A stretch of 64,000 nucleotides of DNA from a virus. The notes beneath the pieces were generated by a model. That model searched no databases. It had not been told where the DNA came from and worked only from the letters and a program-made list of their open reading frames with translations. The stretch covers positions 71,243-135,242 of the IMG/VR virus record IMGVR_UViG_3300024255_000006. The stretch is one strand, 5' to 3'. This document shows positions 46,020 to 55,642 of this stretch, in pieces; position 1 is the first letter of the stretch; every line of letters starts with the position of its first letter. Position numbers and translations under genes: made by a program.

Positions 46020-48467
46020 ATGGCAAGTCAAATCTCGCCTGGTGTCGTTATTAAAGAACGTGACCTAACTACAGGAACCGTTGTAAACTCCGCTGCTACT
46101 ACGGCTGCTTTAGTTTCAACATTCCAAAAAGGTCCCGTTGGTGAAATTACCACCATCGCATCTCAGAGAGAACTAGTAGACACATTTGGTGCTCCTGGTT
46201 CTGATAACGCAGACGACTACTTTGTAGCATCTGAGTTTCTAAACTACGGCGGTCGCCTATCAGTTGTACGCGCAGAAACAGGCGCAGTCAACGCTGGTGC
46301 TGCTGCTATCATCAGAAGTCAAACCGACTACGAATCAAGAATCGAAACAACTACTCCCGCTTGGAAGTGGGCAGCAAAAACTCCTGGTATTTGGGGTAAC
46401 GCACTGGATGTTGTTATCACTGACCGTGGTGCTGACCAGTATGTTACTTTCGCATCAGCACCTGCTGGAATGGCTGCAGGAACAAACCTAGACTTCGGCA
46501 GCAGCAAAACCGCCGAGGTTCTTTCTTGGGACACTGCATCTCTCAAGGCAGCAGTTATCCTTGATAACCCAACCACAAGACTAACATCTTCAGATACTCT
46601 AGATACTCCTGATACTGGTATTGCAACGGCACTTAGCGTTAACGCTGCTGGTAGTGATTACACTACAGGTGCTGCTACCGTAACTGGTGGTAGTGGTGCA
46701 AACTTAACTGTAAACGTTGTAGTTAATACTGGTGCTCCTTCTGCAATCACCCTATCAACAGGTGGATCTACTTACAGCGCAACTGGAACTGCAGTTGCTG
46801 TAACTGGTGGTACTGGACAAAACATGACTGTCGATTTCACTTCAGTTGGTGGAGTTATCGATAGCATCGCAATCGACACTCCTGGTACTGGATATACTAA
46901 CGGTGAAGTTCTAGTTGTATCTGGTGGTGGTAACAACGCAACCTTCACAATCGACAACGTTCTTGGCGTTATCTCTTCTGCTAGTGTTACCACTGGTGGT
47001 ACTGGTTATCAGACTAGCGATATCGTACAAGTTGTTCAAGGTTCTGGCGCTGCTGGTACTCTTGAGGTTACATTTGTTCAAGATACATCGATCGCAATCA
47101 CTGTTGAAGACTGGTGGACAAATACCAACATTGATGCATCTTATGCAGTACCAGGTGATAATAAGATTCGCCTATCAGCAATCGGACCTCGCCCTGGTAC
47201 TTCTCAGTTTGCAGCAGACAGAGGACTTTCATATGATGAAGTTCATGTTGCAGTTATCGACAGAACTGGTGGTGTTGCAGGAACAGCAAACACAGTTCTA
47301 GAGAGACTACTTTATCTCTCCAAGTTGTCTGATGGTAAGGCATCTGAGGGTTCATCCTCATACTATCCAACCTCAGTTAAACTAGCATCTGAGTACGTTT
47401 ACTTCGGATCACACCACATTCCAGCATATAACCCATCATCTGCTGGTGCTGGTTTCGCTCCTGGTGTTGCTGGTTCTGCACAGACTTCGGGTACAAAAGC
47501 ACAACTCTTTGGTGTAGTCAAGACAACCCTAGCAGGTGGTACTGATGACTATTCTTACACTCCTGCAGAGTTTGGAACTGGAATGACTCTATTCCATGAT
47601 ACCGAAACTGTTGATGTTGACTTCATTCTAATGGGTGGTTCCCTAACAGATGAGTCTGATACCAAAGTCAAAGCAGGTCACTGTATCACTGCATCAAACC
47701 TAAGAAAAGATTGTATCGCGTTCGTTTCTGCTCACAAAGGAAACCAAGTTTCTGGAACAACAACTCTAACAAGAGCACAGCAGAAGGACAACACAATCAA
47801 CTTCTTCTCCACTATTCAATCTACTTCATACGCAGTATTTGATAGCGGTTATAAGTATTTCTATGATCGCTTCAATGATGAGTATCGTTACATCCCATGT
47901 AACGGAGATGTAGCGGGTCTATGTGTTGCAACTTCGGCAACACTCGATGACTGGTTCTCACCAGCAGGTCTATCAAGAGGTGGTGTACGTAATGCTATCA
48001 AATTAGCATATAACCCAACTCAAGCAGATAGAGACGAACTCTATCAGAACAGAATCAATCCTATTGTTTCTTTCCCAGGTCAGGGTATCACTCTATTCGG
48101 TGATAAGACTGCACTCTCCTCACCTTCTGCATTCGACAGAATCAACGTCCGTCGTCTCTTTATCAACATCGAGCAAAGAGCAGAAGCACTTGCTAAAGGA
48201 GTCATTTTTGAACAGAATGACGAAACCACAAGACTCGGATTTACAAATGCACTTACTTCCTACCTCTCTGAGGTTCAGGCAAGAAGAGGTATTACTGACT
48301 ACCTAGTTGTTTGTGATGAGTCAAACAACACTTCATCTGTAATTGACCGTAACGAATTTGTTGCTGAAATCTTTGTAAAACCAACACGTTCGATTAACTA
48401 CATTACTCTCTCGTTCATCGCTACTAGATCTGGAGTTTCCTTCAGTGAAGTAGTCGGACGCGCTTGA
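46020..48467 (+). CDS. gp18: Tail sheath protein gp18 (815 aa, with a repeat insertion)
   Basis: SPGV.IKE.DLT; WFSPAG..RG; LY..RINP; FDRINVRRLF; FEQND..TR; IKP.RSINYI.L.F.A. Confidence 0.97.
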   Translation: MASQISPGVVIKERDLTTGTVVNSAATTAALVSTFQKGPVGEITTIASQRELVDTFGAPGSDNADDYFVASEFLNYGGRLSVVRAETGAVNAGAAAIIRSQTDYESRIETTTPAWKWAAKTPGIWGNALDVVITDRGADQYVTFASAPAGMAAGTNLDFGSSKTAEVLSWDTASLKAAVILDNPTTRLTSSDTLDTPDTGIATALSVNAAGSDYTTGAATVTGGSGANLTVNVVVNTGAPSAITLSTGGSTYSATGTAVAVTGGTGQNMTVDFTSVGGVIDSIAIDTPGTGYTNGEVLVVSGGGNNATFTIDNVLGVISSASVTTGGTGYQTSDIVQVVQGSGAAGTLEVTFVQDTSIAITVEDWWTNTNIDASYAVPGDNKIRLSAIGPRPGTSQFAADRGLSYDEVHVAVIDRTGGVAGTANTVLERLLYLSKLSDGKASEGSSSYYPTSVKLASEYVYFGSHHIPAYNPSSAGAGFAPGVAGSAQTSGTKAQLFGVVKTTLAGGTDDYSYTPAEFGTGMTLFHDTETVDVDFILMGGSLTDESDTKVKAGHCITASNLRKDCIAFVSAHKGNQVSGTTTLTRAQQKDNTINFFSTIQSTSYAVFDSGYKYFYDRFNDEYRYIPCNGDVAGLCVATSATLDDWFSPAGLSRGGVRNAIKLAYNPTQADRDELYQNRINPIVSFPGQGITLFGDKTALSSPSAFDRINVRRLFINIEQRAEALAKGVIFEQNDETTRLGFTNALTSYLSEVQARRGITDYLVVCDESNNTSSVIDRNEFVAEIFVKPTRSINYITLSFIATRSGVSFSEVVGRA

Positions 48468-48509
48468 TCTTACCAACTATTCAACTAACCAAGGGAAAAG
48501 GAAAAAACA

Positions 48510-49112
48510 ATGGCTATTAACTCAAACGTATCTGAGTTTCTGCAGAAGATCAGACAAGGCGTTAAGCCTAATATGTTCTTGGTGGACATCGAGTTCCCAG
48601 GAACCCTCGCAAAGGGTGGTACTGATAAAGACCTCACTAACATCCTCTGCAAATCTGCAGCACTCCCCGCATCCAACATGGGTGTAATCGATGTTCCTTT
48701 TAGAGGAAGAACTGTAAAGATCTCAGGAGATCGTACATTCGATACCTGGACTGCTACATTCGTCAATGACGAAGACATGAGAATCCGTGCATTCATGGAG
48801 CAATGGGTTGCTCAAATGAATACACACGAGGGCAACAGAGCACCACTATTCACACCTGAAACTAGTGGAACTGGTTACATGGCGCACCTACTAGTCAAGC
48901 AACTTGAGAAAGATGCATCTGACGCAGGTAGCGTTATCAGATCCTATAAACTCTGGCATGCTTTCCCAACTAACGTTTCACAAATTGATCTTGCATACGA
49001 CAGCAACGATCAGGTTTCTGAGTTCACAGTTGAGTTCCAACTCTCCTACTGGACTGCTGAAACTGGATCTGCTGCTGGGTCTAACCCACCTGAAGTTGCT
49101 CCTGGAGAGTGA
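48510..49112 (+). CDS. gp19: Tail tube protein gp19
   Basis: PN.F.V; LCK.A.LPAS..G.I.VPFRGR.VK..GDRTF..WT.T..ND. Confidence 0.96.
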   Translation: MAINSNVSEFLQKIRQGVKPNMFLVDIEFPGTLAKGGTDKDLTNILCKSAALPASNMGVIDVPFRGRTVKISGDRTFDTWTATFVNDEDMRIRAFMEQWVAQMNTHEGNRAPLFTPETSGTGYMAHLLVKQLEKDASDAGSVIRSYKLWHAFPTNVSQIDLAYDSNDQVSEFTVEFQLSYWTAETGSAAGSNPPEVAPGE

Positions 49113-49123
49113 TTTTTTAAGAT

Positions 49124-49131
49124 CATAAATA
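49124..49131 (+). promoter_or_regulatory. Late promoter CATAAATA for gp20
   Basis: Consensus match, intergenic. Confidence 0.8.
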
Positions 49132-49162
49132 GAATAGTTGGTGAACAGCACGTTAATACACA

Positions 49163-50854
49163 ATGAGTCAGTTATTTGGGTTTCAAATTAACCGTAAGGA
49201 TAAGGACAGGGGGCAATCCCCTGTCCCTCCCAACGCAGATGACGGAGTTGCCGTAGCTGCGGGGGGATATTTTGGTACTTACGTCGAAACAGATTCTCAA
49301 GCAAGAAATGAGTATGATCTGATTAAGAGATATAGAGATATGTCTCTTCATCCAGAAGTTGATTCTGCTATTGATGATATTGTAAATGAATTTGTCGTTA
49401 GCGATTCCAATGATACTTGTGTAGAGATTGAGTTAACAAATCTGGAAGTTGGCGCTTCAGTAAAGAAAAGAATTAGAGAAGAGTTTGAGCACATCAAGCG
49501 TATGCTCAACTTCGATATGAAGGCACACGAATTAATTCGTAATTGGTATATTGATGGTAGATGTTACTACCACAAAGTAATCGATCTTGCCGATCCTAAG
49601 AGAGGTATTTTAGAACTTCGTTATATTGATCCACTCAAAATCCGTCGTGTAAGACAGAAGATCGGAAAAGTAGAGGATCCTGTAGTTGTAAGAGGCACCG
49701 CTCTAGAACATGAGTGGGGAGACTACATTGATTACTATCTTTATAATCCAAAAGGTTATGCTAGGTCATCTTCCCTAATGGGATCAGGTGATTTTGGAGC
49801 AAACCAAGGAATTAAAATTGCATTTGATGCAATCACATTCTGCCACTCTGGTTTGCAGGATATGAACAAGAGAATGCACTTGAGCTTTATGCACAAGGCA
49901 ATCAAATCACTCAACCAACTTAGAATGATTGAGGATGCTCTTGTTATCTACAGATTGTCTCGCGCACCTGAGCGTAGAATTTTCTACATTGATGTTGGTA
50001 ACTTACCCAAGGTCAAAGCAGAACAATATCTTCGTGATGTAATGAATCGCTATCGCAACAAGCTTGTGTATGACGCACAAACTGGTGAGATGCGTGATGA
50101 TAAAAAGCACATGAGTATGCTTGAGGACTTCTGGTTACCTCGTAGAGAGGGTGGTCGCGGTACTGAGATTACAACTCTACCAGGAGCACAAAACCTTGGA
50201 GAACTTAAGGACGTTGAGTATTTTAAAAAGAAACTTTATAACTCTCTCAATCTTCCTCCTTCCCGTCTCACAGACGATAACAAAGGATTTAACCTTGGTA
50301 AATCAACTGAAGTCCTCCGTGACGAACTCAAGTTTAGTAAGTTTATCGGAAGACTACGTAAGAGATTTAGTGGAATCTTCCACGATATTCTTAAGACTCA
50401 ACTCATCCTCAAGGGTGTCATCGCTCCTGAAGATTGGGATGATATGCAAGAGCATATTCAATACGACTTCATACATGATAATCATTTTAATGAACTCAAA
50501 GAAATTGAAATGCTGACCCAACGAATGGGTCTTGTAGCACAGATGGATCCTTTTGTCGGTAAGTATTATTCTGTTGATTATGTTCGTCGTCATGTTCTTC
50601 AACAAACTGATAAAGACTTCAAGGAGATGGATAAACAAATCCAATCCGAGATCAATTCTGGTCTGGTCATGGATCCAACTCAGGTCAATATGTTCGATAC
50701 TATGGACCGACAAAATGCTGCATTCTCCCCAGAGTTGCAGGGCATTCAAGCAGATGACTCATTCGATAGAGAGCAAGATTCTGCTGATGCGAACCTTGAT
50801 AGAGAAGTACAAAAACAAAAATCTCTACCTCCAAGTCAATCTAAAGATAAATAA
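49163..50854 (+). CDS. gp20: Portal protein gp20
   Basis: YRLSRAPERRIFYIDVGNLPK.KAEQYL; MLEDFWLPRREGGRGTEI.TLPG. Confidence 0.98.
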   Translation: MSQLFGFQINRKDKDRGQSPVPPNADDGVAVAAGGYFGTYVETDSQARNEYDLIKRYRDMSLHPEVDSAIDDIVNEFVVSDSNDTCVEIELTNLEVGASVKKRIREEFEHIKRMLNFDMKAHELIRNWYIDGRCYYHKVIDLADPKRGILELRYIDPLKIRRVRQKIGKVEDPVVVRGTALEHEWGDYIDYYLYNPKGYARSSSLMGSGDFGANQGIKIAFDAITFCHSGLQDMNKRMHLSFMHKAIKSLNQLRMIEDALVIYRLSRAPERRIFYIDVGNLPKVKAEQYLRDVMNRYRNKLVYDAQTGEMRDDKKHMSMLEDFWLPRREGGRGTEITTLPGAQNLGELKDVEYFKKKLYNSLNLPPSRLTDDNKGFNLGKSTEVLRDELKFSKFIGRLRKRFSGIFHDILKTQLILKGVIAPEDWDDMQEHIQYDFIHDNHFNELKEIEMLTQRMGLVAQMDPFVGKYYSVDYVRRHVLQQTDKDFKEMDKQIQSEINSGLVMDPTQVNMFDTMDRQNAAFSPELQGIQADDSFDREQDSADANLDREVQKQKSLPPSQSKDK

Positions 50855-50863
50855 TTCTAAATT

Positions 50864-51073
50864 ATGGAACAATCCAACCCCAACGCCGAGGTTCTTAGCG
50901 TAGTTAAGTCCATCGAAGACGGACAAAGAGCAAATGCAATAGATGCAATTCAAGATCTTTTGTATTCTCGTGCTGCAGATGCAATGTCTCAGTACAAACA
51001 GATTGTAGCGAAATCATATTTTGACGAACCAGCAGAGGAACTACCAAATGAAACTGATAACGGAAACGATTGA
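50864..51073 (+). CDS. Small prohead-core-associated protein (gp67/68 position)
   Basis: Lies between gp20 and gp21, with late promoter GATAAATA just upstream. Confidence 0.6.
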   Translation: MEQSNPNAEVLSVVKSIEDGQRANAIDAIQDLLYSRAADAMSQYKQIVAKSYFDEPAEELPNETDNGND

Positions 51074-51692
51074 AGATGTAAAACTCATCACCGAAGGAAC
51101 TGGTGATGATAAAAAAATGTACATCGAAGGTGTATTTCTTCAGTCGGAATTAAAAAACCGTAACGGTCGCATGTATCCTTTCTCGGTTCTCGAAAAAGAA
51201 GTTAATCGTTACAACGAAGAATACGTAAAAACCAAGCGTGCTCTAGGTGAACTAGGTCACCCTGATGGTCCTACCGTAAACCTAGACAGAGTGTCTCATA
51301 GAATTACTGACTTACGTTCTGAAGGAAATAACTTCATGGGTAAGGCACAAATTCTAGATACTCCAATGGGTAAGATTGCTAAAAATTTACTAGAAGAAGG
51401 AGTTCAACTAGGAGTTTCTTCTCGTGGTATGGGAAGCATCGATAAGCGCGAAGACTGTAATGTTGTTATGGATGACTTCATGCTAGCAACTGCTGCAGAT
51501 ATCGTAGCAGATCCTTCCGCACCAGATGCATTCGTCAACGGCATCATGGAAGGTAAAGAATGGGTATGGGACAACGGAATTCTAAAGGAATCAAAAGTTG
51601 CTAAATACCAAAGATATGTGAGCGAGGCTACTCGCTCAGAACTGGAAGGGAGGACTCTCAAAGTCTTTGAGAACTTCCTTTCAGGATTATAA
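51048..51692 (+). CDS. gp21: Prohead protease gp21 (start ATG51048)
   Basis: MKLITE; YIEGVFLQ...NRNGR.Y; ALGELGHP; GVSSRG.GS; D.VADPSAPDA. Confidence 0.96.
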   Translation: MKLITETIEDVKLITEGTGDDKKMYIEGVFLQSELKNRNGRMYPFSVLEKEVNRYNEEYVKTKRALGELGHPDGPTVNLDRVSHRITDLRSEGNNFMGKAQILDTPMGKIAKNLLEEGVQLGVSSRGMGSIDKREDCNVVMDDFMLATAADIVADPSAPDAFVNGIMEGKEWVWDNGILKESKVAKYQRYVSEATRSELEGRTLKVFENFLSGL

Positions 51693-51695
51693 TTT

Positions 51696-51703
51696 AATAA
51701 ATA
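51696..51703 (+). promoter_or_regulatory. Late promoter AATAAATA for gp22/gp23
   Basis: Consensus match, intergenic. Confidence 0.8.
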
Positions 51704-51740
51704 AACTTAGACTAATCATACGAAACACGGGGAAACTCAA

Positions 51741-52904
51741 ATGTCAGATATGTTAAACGAAAAGTTTGCGGAGTTCGTTAGTGAGCAAAACATTGTCCTA
51801 GCAGAGGGCGACCCAATGCCTACCGTAACCGCAGCTGTACTTCCAGCAAATCCTGCCGCTCCTAGCGGTGGTATTTCTGGTGAACCAAATCGCGCAAAGG
51901 GAGGTAAAGATCCTGCTCCTAGCGTGGGTACTGAAGTTGCCCCATCAGGTCAGTCTGTTACCGATAATGGCGGTCCCCGTCCAGATGGTAACGATGAGGG
52001 CGAAAACAACCCAGGAGCTAAAGCAGCAACACCAGTTGGTGCTAAAGCAGCACAAAGTGATGGTACCGCACAAACCGCAAATATTAACGATGCTGGTGAT
52101 CAAGGAACCACACCTTCTATAGGTGCTGAGGTTGCTTACGGAACCAGCAAAGGTCCCGACGTTTCGTATCCTATCAAACCTTCCTACGAGTCACTTGACG
52201 TTTCTGACGACGTTAATGCACTATTTGAAGGAACAGAACTTTCCGAAGAGTTTAAAGAGAAAGCAACCACAATCTTTGAGGCTGCAATCAAAGCAAAACT
52301 CTCCGAAGAGTACGACAAGCTTGTAGAACATTTCGCTACTGAAATGGAGAAGCACGTTGCTGAAGCAAAGAACGAGCTTTCTGAAGAAGTTAGTGGAACT
52401 GTTAACTACGCCATCGGTCAATGGGTGGAGCAAAACCAAGTTGCTGTTGACCGTGGAATCAGAAATGAGATTACTGAAGACTTCATCGCAGGTCTCAAGA
52501 ATCTCTTTGAAGAGCACTACATCTCTATCCCCGAAGACAAAGTTGACGCGGTAGAGGGTATGGCTGATACTATTCGTGAAATGGAAGAGCGCCTAGACGA
52601 ACAGGTCAAGGCTAATGTGAAACTACAGAATCGTCTCAATGAGTCTGCTAAGCAAGTTGTTCTGAACATTGTTTCAGAAGGACTCGTAGATACTCAGAAA
52701 GACAAACTCGCTGCTCTCGCTGAAGGTGTTGAATTTACTTCTGAAGAGGAATACTCCAAGAAGATCAACACAATTAAAGAGAGTTATTTCCCTAACTCTC
52801 CAGTAGTGAGAGAAGAGTCTGAAGAGACTCCCGTAGAAGGCGAAGAGGCATCCCCAGCAATGACGGCATACCTCCACGCACTTAACCGTTGGGGTCAATC
52901 CTAA
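51741..52904 (+). CDS. gp22: Prohead core scaffold gp22
   Basis: LSEEFK.KA.TIFEAA; F..GLK.LF.EHY; acidic coiled coil; directly upstream of gp23. Confidence 0.93.
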   Translation: MSDMLNEKFAEFVSEQNIVLAEGDPMPTVTAAVLPANPAAPSGGISGEPNRAKGGKDPAPSVGTEVAPSGQSVTDNGGPRPDGNDEGENNPGAKAATPVGAKAAQSDGTAQTANINDAGDQGTTPSIGAEVAYGTSKGPDVSYPIKPSYESLDVSDDVNALFEGTELSEEFKEKATTIFEAAIKAKLSEEYDKLVEHFATEMEKHVAEAKNELSEEVSGTVNYAIGQWVEQNQVAVDRGIRNEITEDFIAGLKNLFEEHYISIPEDKVDAVEGMADTIREMEERLDEQVKANVKLQNRLNESAKQVVLNIVSEGLVDTQKDKLAALAEGVEFTSEEEYSKKINTIKESYFPNSPVVREESEETPVEGEEASPAMTAYLHALNRWGQS

Positions 52905-52945
52905 TTATAACGTACTAATTTTTCCAAACACATAGGCACAAACAA

Positions 52946-54352
52946 ATGTTTAATGCAAAATCTTTGCAGGAAAAGTGGGCACCTGTTCTAGGTCATGAGA
53001 GCGCAGGCTCCATTAAAGACAACTATAGAAAGAGTGTTACCGCTGTCCTGTTAGAAAATCAAGAGCGTTTCCTTCGCGAAGAGCGTGGAATGCTTTCCGA
53101 GGTCGCAGTTAACTCCCTCGGCGGTGCTGGAGTTAGCCCTGCTGGTTCAGCACTGGGCAACGCTAACACCGCAGGTCTTGCAGGATTCGATCCTGTACTG
53201 ATCTCCCTAATCCGCCGTGCAATGCCTAACCTCGTTGCATATGATATCTGTGGCGTCCAGCCAATGTCTGGTCCTACAGGTCTAATCTTCGCAATGCGTT
53301 CACGTTACGAGAACCAAGGCGGCGAAGAGGCACTATTCAACGAACCCGATACTGGATTCTCTTCTAGTTACGACGCTACAACAGGTGCTTATACACCTAG
53401 AACTGGCGCTGGTGTCGGTGGCGATTCCGAAGGCAACAACCCATCACTACTTAACGACTCACCTGCAGGCACCTATGAGGTAGCACAGGGAATGGCTCGT
53501 GAAGATCTTGAGCGCATGGGCGAATCTGGTCGTCTCTTCCGTGAGATGTCCTTCAGCATTGAGAAGACTTCGGTAACAGCGAAGTCCAGAGCACTCAAAG
53601 CTGAGTACACTCTAGAACTAGCACAAGACCTCAAGGCGATCCATGGTCTAGATGCTGAGCAGGAGCTTGCTAACATTCTGTCTAGCGAAGTTCTTGCTGA
53701 GATCAACCGTGAAGTCGTCAGAACGGTCTATCGTGTTGCTAAGCCTGGTGCTCAGAACAACACCGCTTCTCAAGGTATCTTTGACCTCGACGTTGACTCC
53801 AACGGTCGCTGGTCTGTTGAGAAGTTCAAGGGTCTTCTCTTCCAAATCGAGCGTGATGCTAACGCAATCGCACAAGAGACTCGTAGAGGAAAGGGCAACT
53901 TCCTAATGTGTTCCGCAGACGTTGCTAGCGCACTAGCAATGGCTGGTGTACTCGACTATTCCTCGGGTCTAACTGGTGCTGGTGGTCCTTCCATCGGTGA
54001 AGTTGATGACACTGGTAACCTCCTAGTCGGTACAATCAACGGACGCATTAAGGTCTATGTTGATCCTTATGCAGCAAACCTAAGCGACAAGCACTTCTAT
54101 GTCGTAGGTTACAAGGGCACCTCGCCTTATGACGCAGGACTATTCTACTGCCCATACGTACCCCTCCAAATGGTTCGCTCGATCGATCCTAGCAGCTTCC
54201 AACCAAAAATTGGTTTCAAGACTCGCTACGGCATGGTCAGCAATCCTTTCGTCACCACCAACGGTGCATACAACGGCACACCCGATGCTGAAGCACTTAC
54301 CGCAAGTGCTAACATGTACTACAGAAGAGTCCAAGTCACGAACTTGATGTGA
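52946..54352 (+). CDS. gp23: Major capsid protein gp23
   Basis: L.EKW.P.L; LIRRAMPNL.AYDICGVQPM.GPTGLIFAMR; KSRALKAEYT.ELAQDLKAIHGLDAE; FQPKIGFKTRYG. Confidence 0.99.
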   Translation: MFNAKSLQEKWAPVLGHESAGSIKDNYRKSVTAVLLENQERFLREERGMLSEVAVNSLGGAGVSPAGSALGNANTAGLAGFDPVLISLIRRAMPNLVAYDICGVQPMSGPTGLIFAMRSRYENQGGEEALFNEPDTGFSSSYDATTGAYTPRTGAGVGGDSEGNNPSLLNDSPAGTYEVAQGMAREDLERMGESGRLFREMSFSIEKTSVTAKSRALKAEYTLELAQDLKAIHGLDAEQELANILSSEVLAEINREVVRTVYRVAKPGAQNNTASQGIFDLDVDSNGRWSVEKFKGLLFQIERDANAIAQETRRGKGNFLMCSADVASALAMAGVLDYSSGLTGAGGPSIGEVDDTGNLLVGTINGRIKVYVDPYAANLSDKHFYVVGYKGTSPYDAGLFYCPYVPLQMVRSIDPSSFQPKIGFKTRYGMVSNPFVTTNGAYNGTPDAEALTASANMYYRRVQVTNLM

Positions 54353-54373
54353 TTCTCATCTACATATCAACAC

Positions 54374-54399
54374 AGAGGACCTTCGGGTCCTCTTTTTTT
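54374..54399 (+). terminator. Strong intrinsic terminator with UUCG tetraloop after gp23
   Basis: AGAGGACC-TTCG-GGTCCTCT-TTTTTT. Confidence 0.95.
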
Positions 54400-54422
54400 A
54401 TGTCTATATAAAAACAAAAACT

Positions 54423-54560
54423 ATGAAAAGTGAGATGCAACACCTCATTTGGTCGTCTATAGTGGGACAGTTGGAGAAAGCAGGCGATAGAAAGTCTGTT
54501 TACTATAATCAAGCATACGCTATAATGAAACAACATGAACCCAAACAGAACAATGCCTAG
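54423..54560 (+). CDS. 45-aa hypothetical protein (MKSEMQHLIWSSIVGQLEKAGDR...)
   Basis: Read by hand; first ORF after the terminator, overlapping the next start. Confidence 0.5.
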   Translation: MKSEMQHLIWSSIVGQLEKAGDRKSVYYNQAYAIMKQHEPKQNNA

Positions 54561-54717
54561 AGGAAATTTAAGTAAGGTTGATATGCTGGCGAAAGTATAC
54601 AAACTTAAGACAGAATTATACGATGGTACACTAGACAAGAAGTCTGAGGAGTACCACGAAGGTGCCCACACCGCTTACAATACTATCCTGGATATTATAA
54701 ATGAGTATGGAAATTGA
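54553..54717 (+). CDS. Hypothetical protein (start likely ATG54553)
   Basis: ORF track 54535..54717. Confidence 0.6.
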   Translation: MPRGNLSKVDMLAKVYKLKTELYDGTLDKKSEEYHEGAHTAYNTILDIINEYGN

Positions 54718-54919
54718 TTGGCGCTACAGTGATGAGCGCATGGATATCAGAACTCAAGGTCTAAACATCTTACTGAAAAAGTTTGGATCTGAAATTTGCT
54801 CTGATGGATCACCTAGATATTCTAACCAAAGCATTTATGAATGTGTTCATGATTGGGTGTCTCAGGGTAACGTGAGAACTGATGGTATTGTCGCTTACTA
54901 TAAAGCATACTACGTATGA
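54701..54919 (+). CDS. Hypothetical protein
   Basis: ORF track; ATGA coupling downstream. Confidence 0.6.
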   Translation: MSMEIDWRYSDERMDIRTQGLNILLKKFGSEICSDGSPRYSNQSIYECVHDWVSQGNVRTDGIVAYYKAYYV

Positions 54920-55092
54920 ATTCAAACGAGAGGAGAGAGTTCTACAAGTCATTACGAGAGAGAATTAACCAACTAAGGATGAGTCATCTCTTTGAAGAAC
55001 CATGCCCTCTTTATGAACCTGAATGGGATGAAGATCTTTGGGACTGTAGATTAACTTACGATTACGACGAGGACGAAGAGGATGACTTCTAA
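54916..55092 (+). CDS. 58-aa hypothetical protein with acidic tail
   Basis: Read by hand: MNSNERREFYKSLRERINQLRM...DYDEDEEDDF; ATGA overlap. Confidence 0.6.
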   Translation: MNSNERREFYKSLRERINQLRMSHLFEEPCPLYEPEWDEDLWDCRLTYDYDEDEEDDF

Positions 55093-55297
55093 GACCATTA
55101 TTCTTATTGGGTGCTTTCTACCACTCATCACTATCTACATAGTAATGAAACTTGCTGTATGGGTATCGGCTGTTAATACAGAAAACTCTTATGTCGGAAA
55201 AGAACCTTTACGAAAACGAGGACCCTTCGTGGATAATGCATATGCAGACATTGACGAAGATGAAGAGGAATTTACAGATCGCACAGACTATAGATGA
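55082..55297 (+). CDS. Small membrane-anchored protein with acidic tail
   Basis: N-terminal TM helix (IILIGCFLPLITIYIVMKLAVWV). Confidence 0.6.
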   Translation: MTSKTIILIGCFLPLITIYIVMKLAVWVSAVNTENSYVGKEPLRKRGPFVDNAYADIDEDEEEFTDRTDYR

Positions 55298-55421
55298 TGT
55301 GCTTTATCAACACTATGTTGTAGAACAAGGAAAACCTGTTCCCAACTGGAGATACATTAAAGATCAAAACTGGTGGGTTGATTATCTCAAAAACCTAGGC
55401 ATAGATCCACGTAACCCATGA
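55260..55421 (+). CDS. Hypothetical protein (start likely near 55260)
   Basis: 3' part of the track ORF 55152..55421; ATGA overlap with the next gene. Confidence 0.5.
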   Translation: MKRNLQIAQTIDDVLYQHYVVEQGKPVPNWRYIKDQNWWVDYLKNLGIDPRNP

Positions 55422-55609
55422 ACAAAGAACCAGACTACACAATAAATTTAACAATAGAAGATGTACGCTTGTTACATCATTCTGTTACGGAAACCATTAA
55501 ATATTGGCCAGGGGCTCCTGCTAGACCATATGAAGAGCAAGAACATCTATGGTTTATGAGAGATTCCTTGTATAGGATTATGTTAGATTATCGATTCAAT
55601 GATATGTGA
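55418..55609 (+). CDS. Hypothetical protein
   Basis: ORF track. Confidence 0.6.
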   Translation: MNKEPDYTINLTIEDVRLLHHSVTETIKYWPGAPARPYEEQEHLWFMRDSLYRIMLDYRFNDM

Positions 55610-55612
55610 CGC

Positions 55613-55620
55613 ACTAAATA
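55613..55620 (+). promoter_or_regulatory. Late promoter ACTAAATA for gp3
   Basis: Embedded in the palindrome CACTA-AA-TAGTG. Confidence 0.75.
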
Positions 55621-55642
55621 GTGTGTAGCTTGGGAAGTTGAC

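Noticed and set aside
44020-54352. Introns, inteins or homing endonucleases in gp17, gp18, gp20, gp23
   Set aside because: The ORFs are continuous, with no intein splice motifs or LAGLIDADG/GIY-YIG signatures. The gp18 size excess is explained by GxGY repeats. The small CxxC ORF at 45672 lacks a clear HNH motif.
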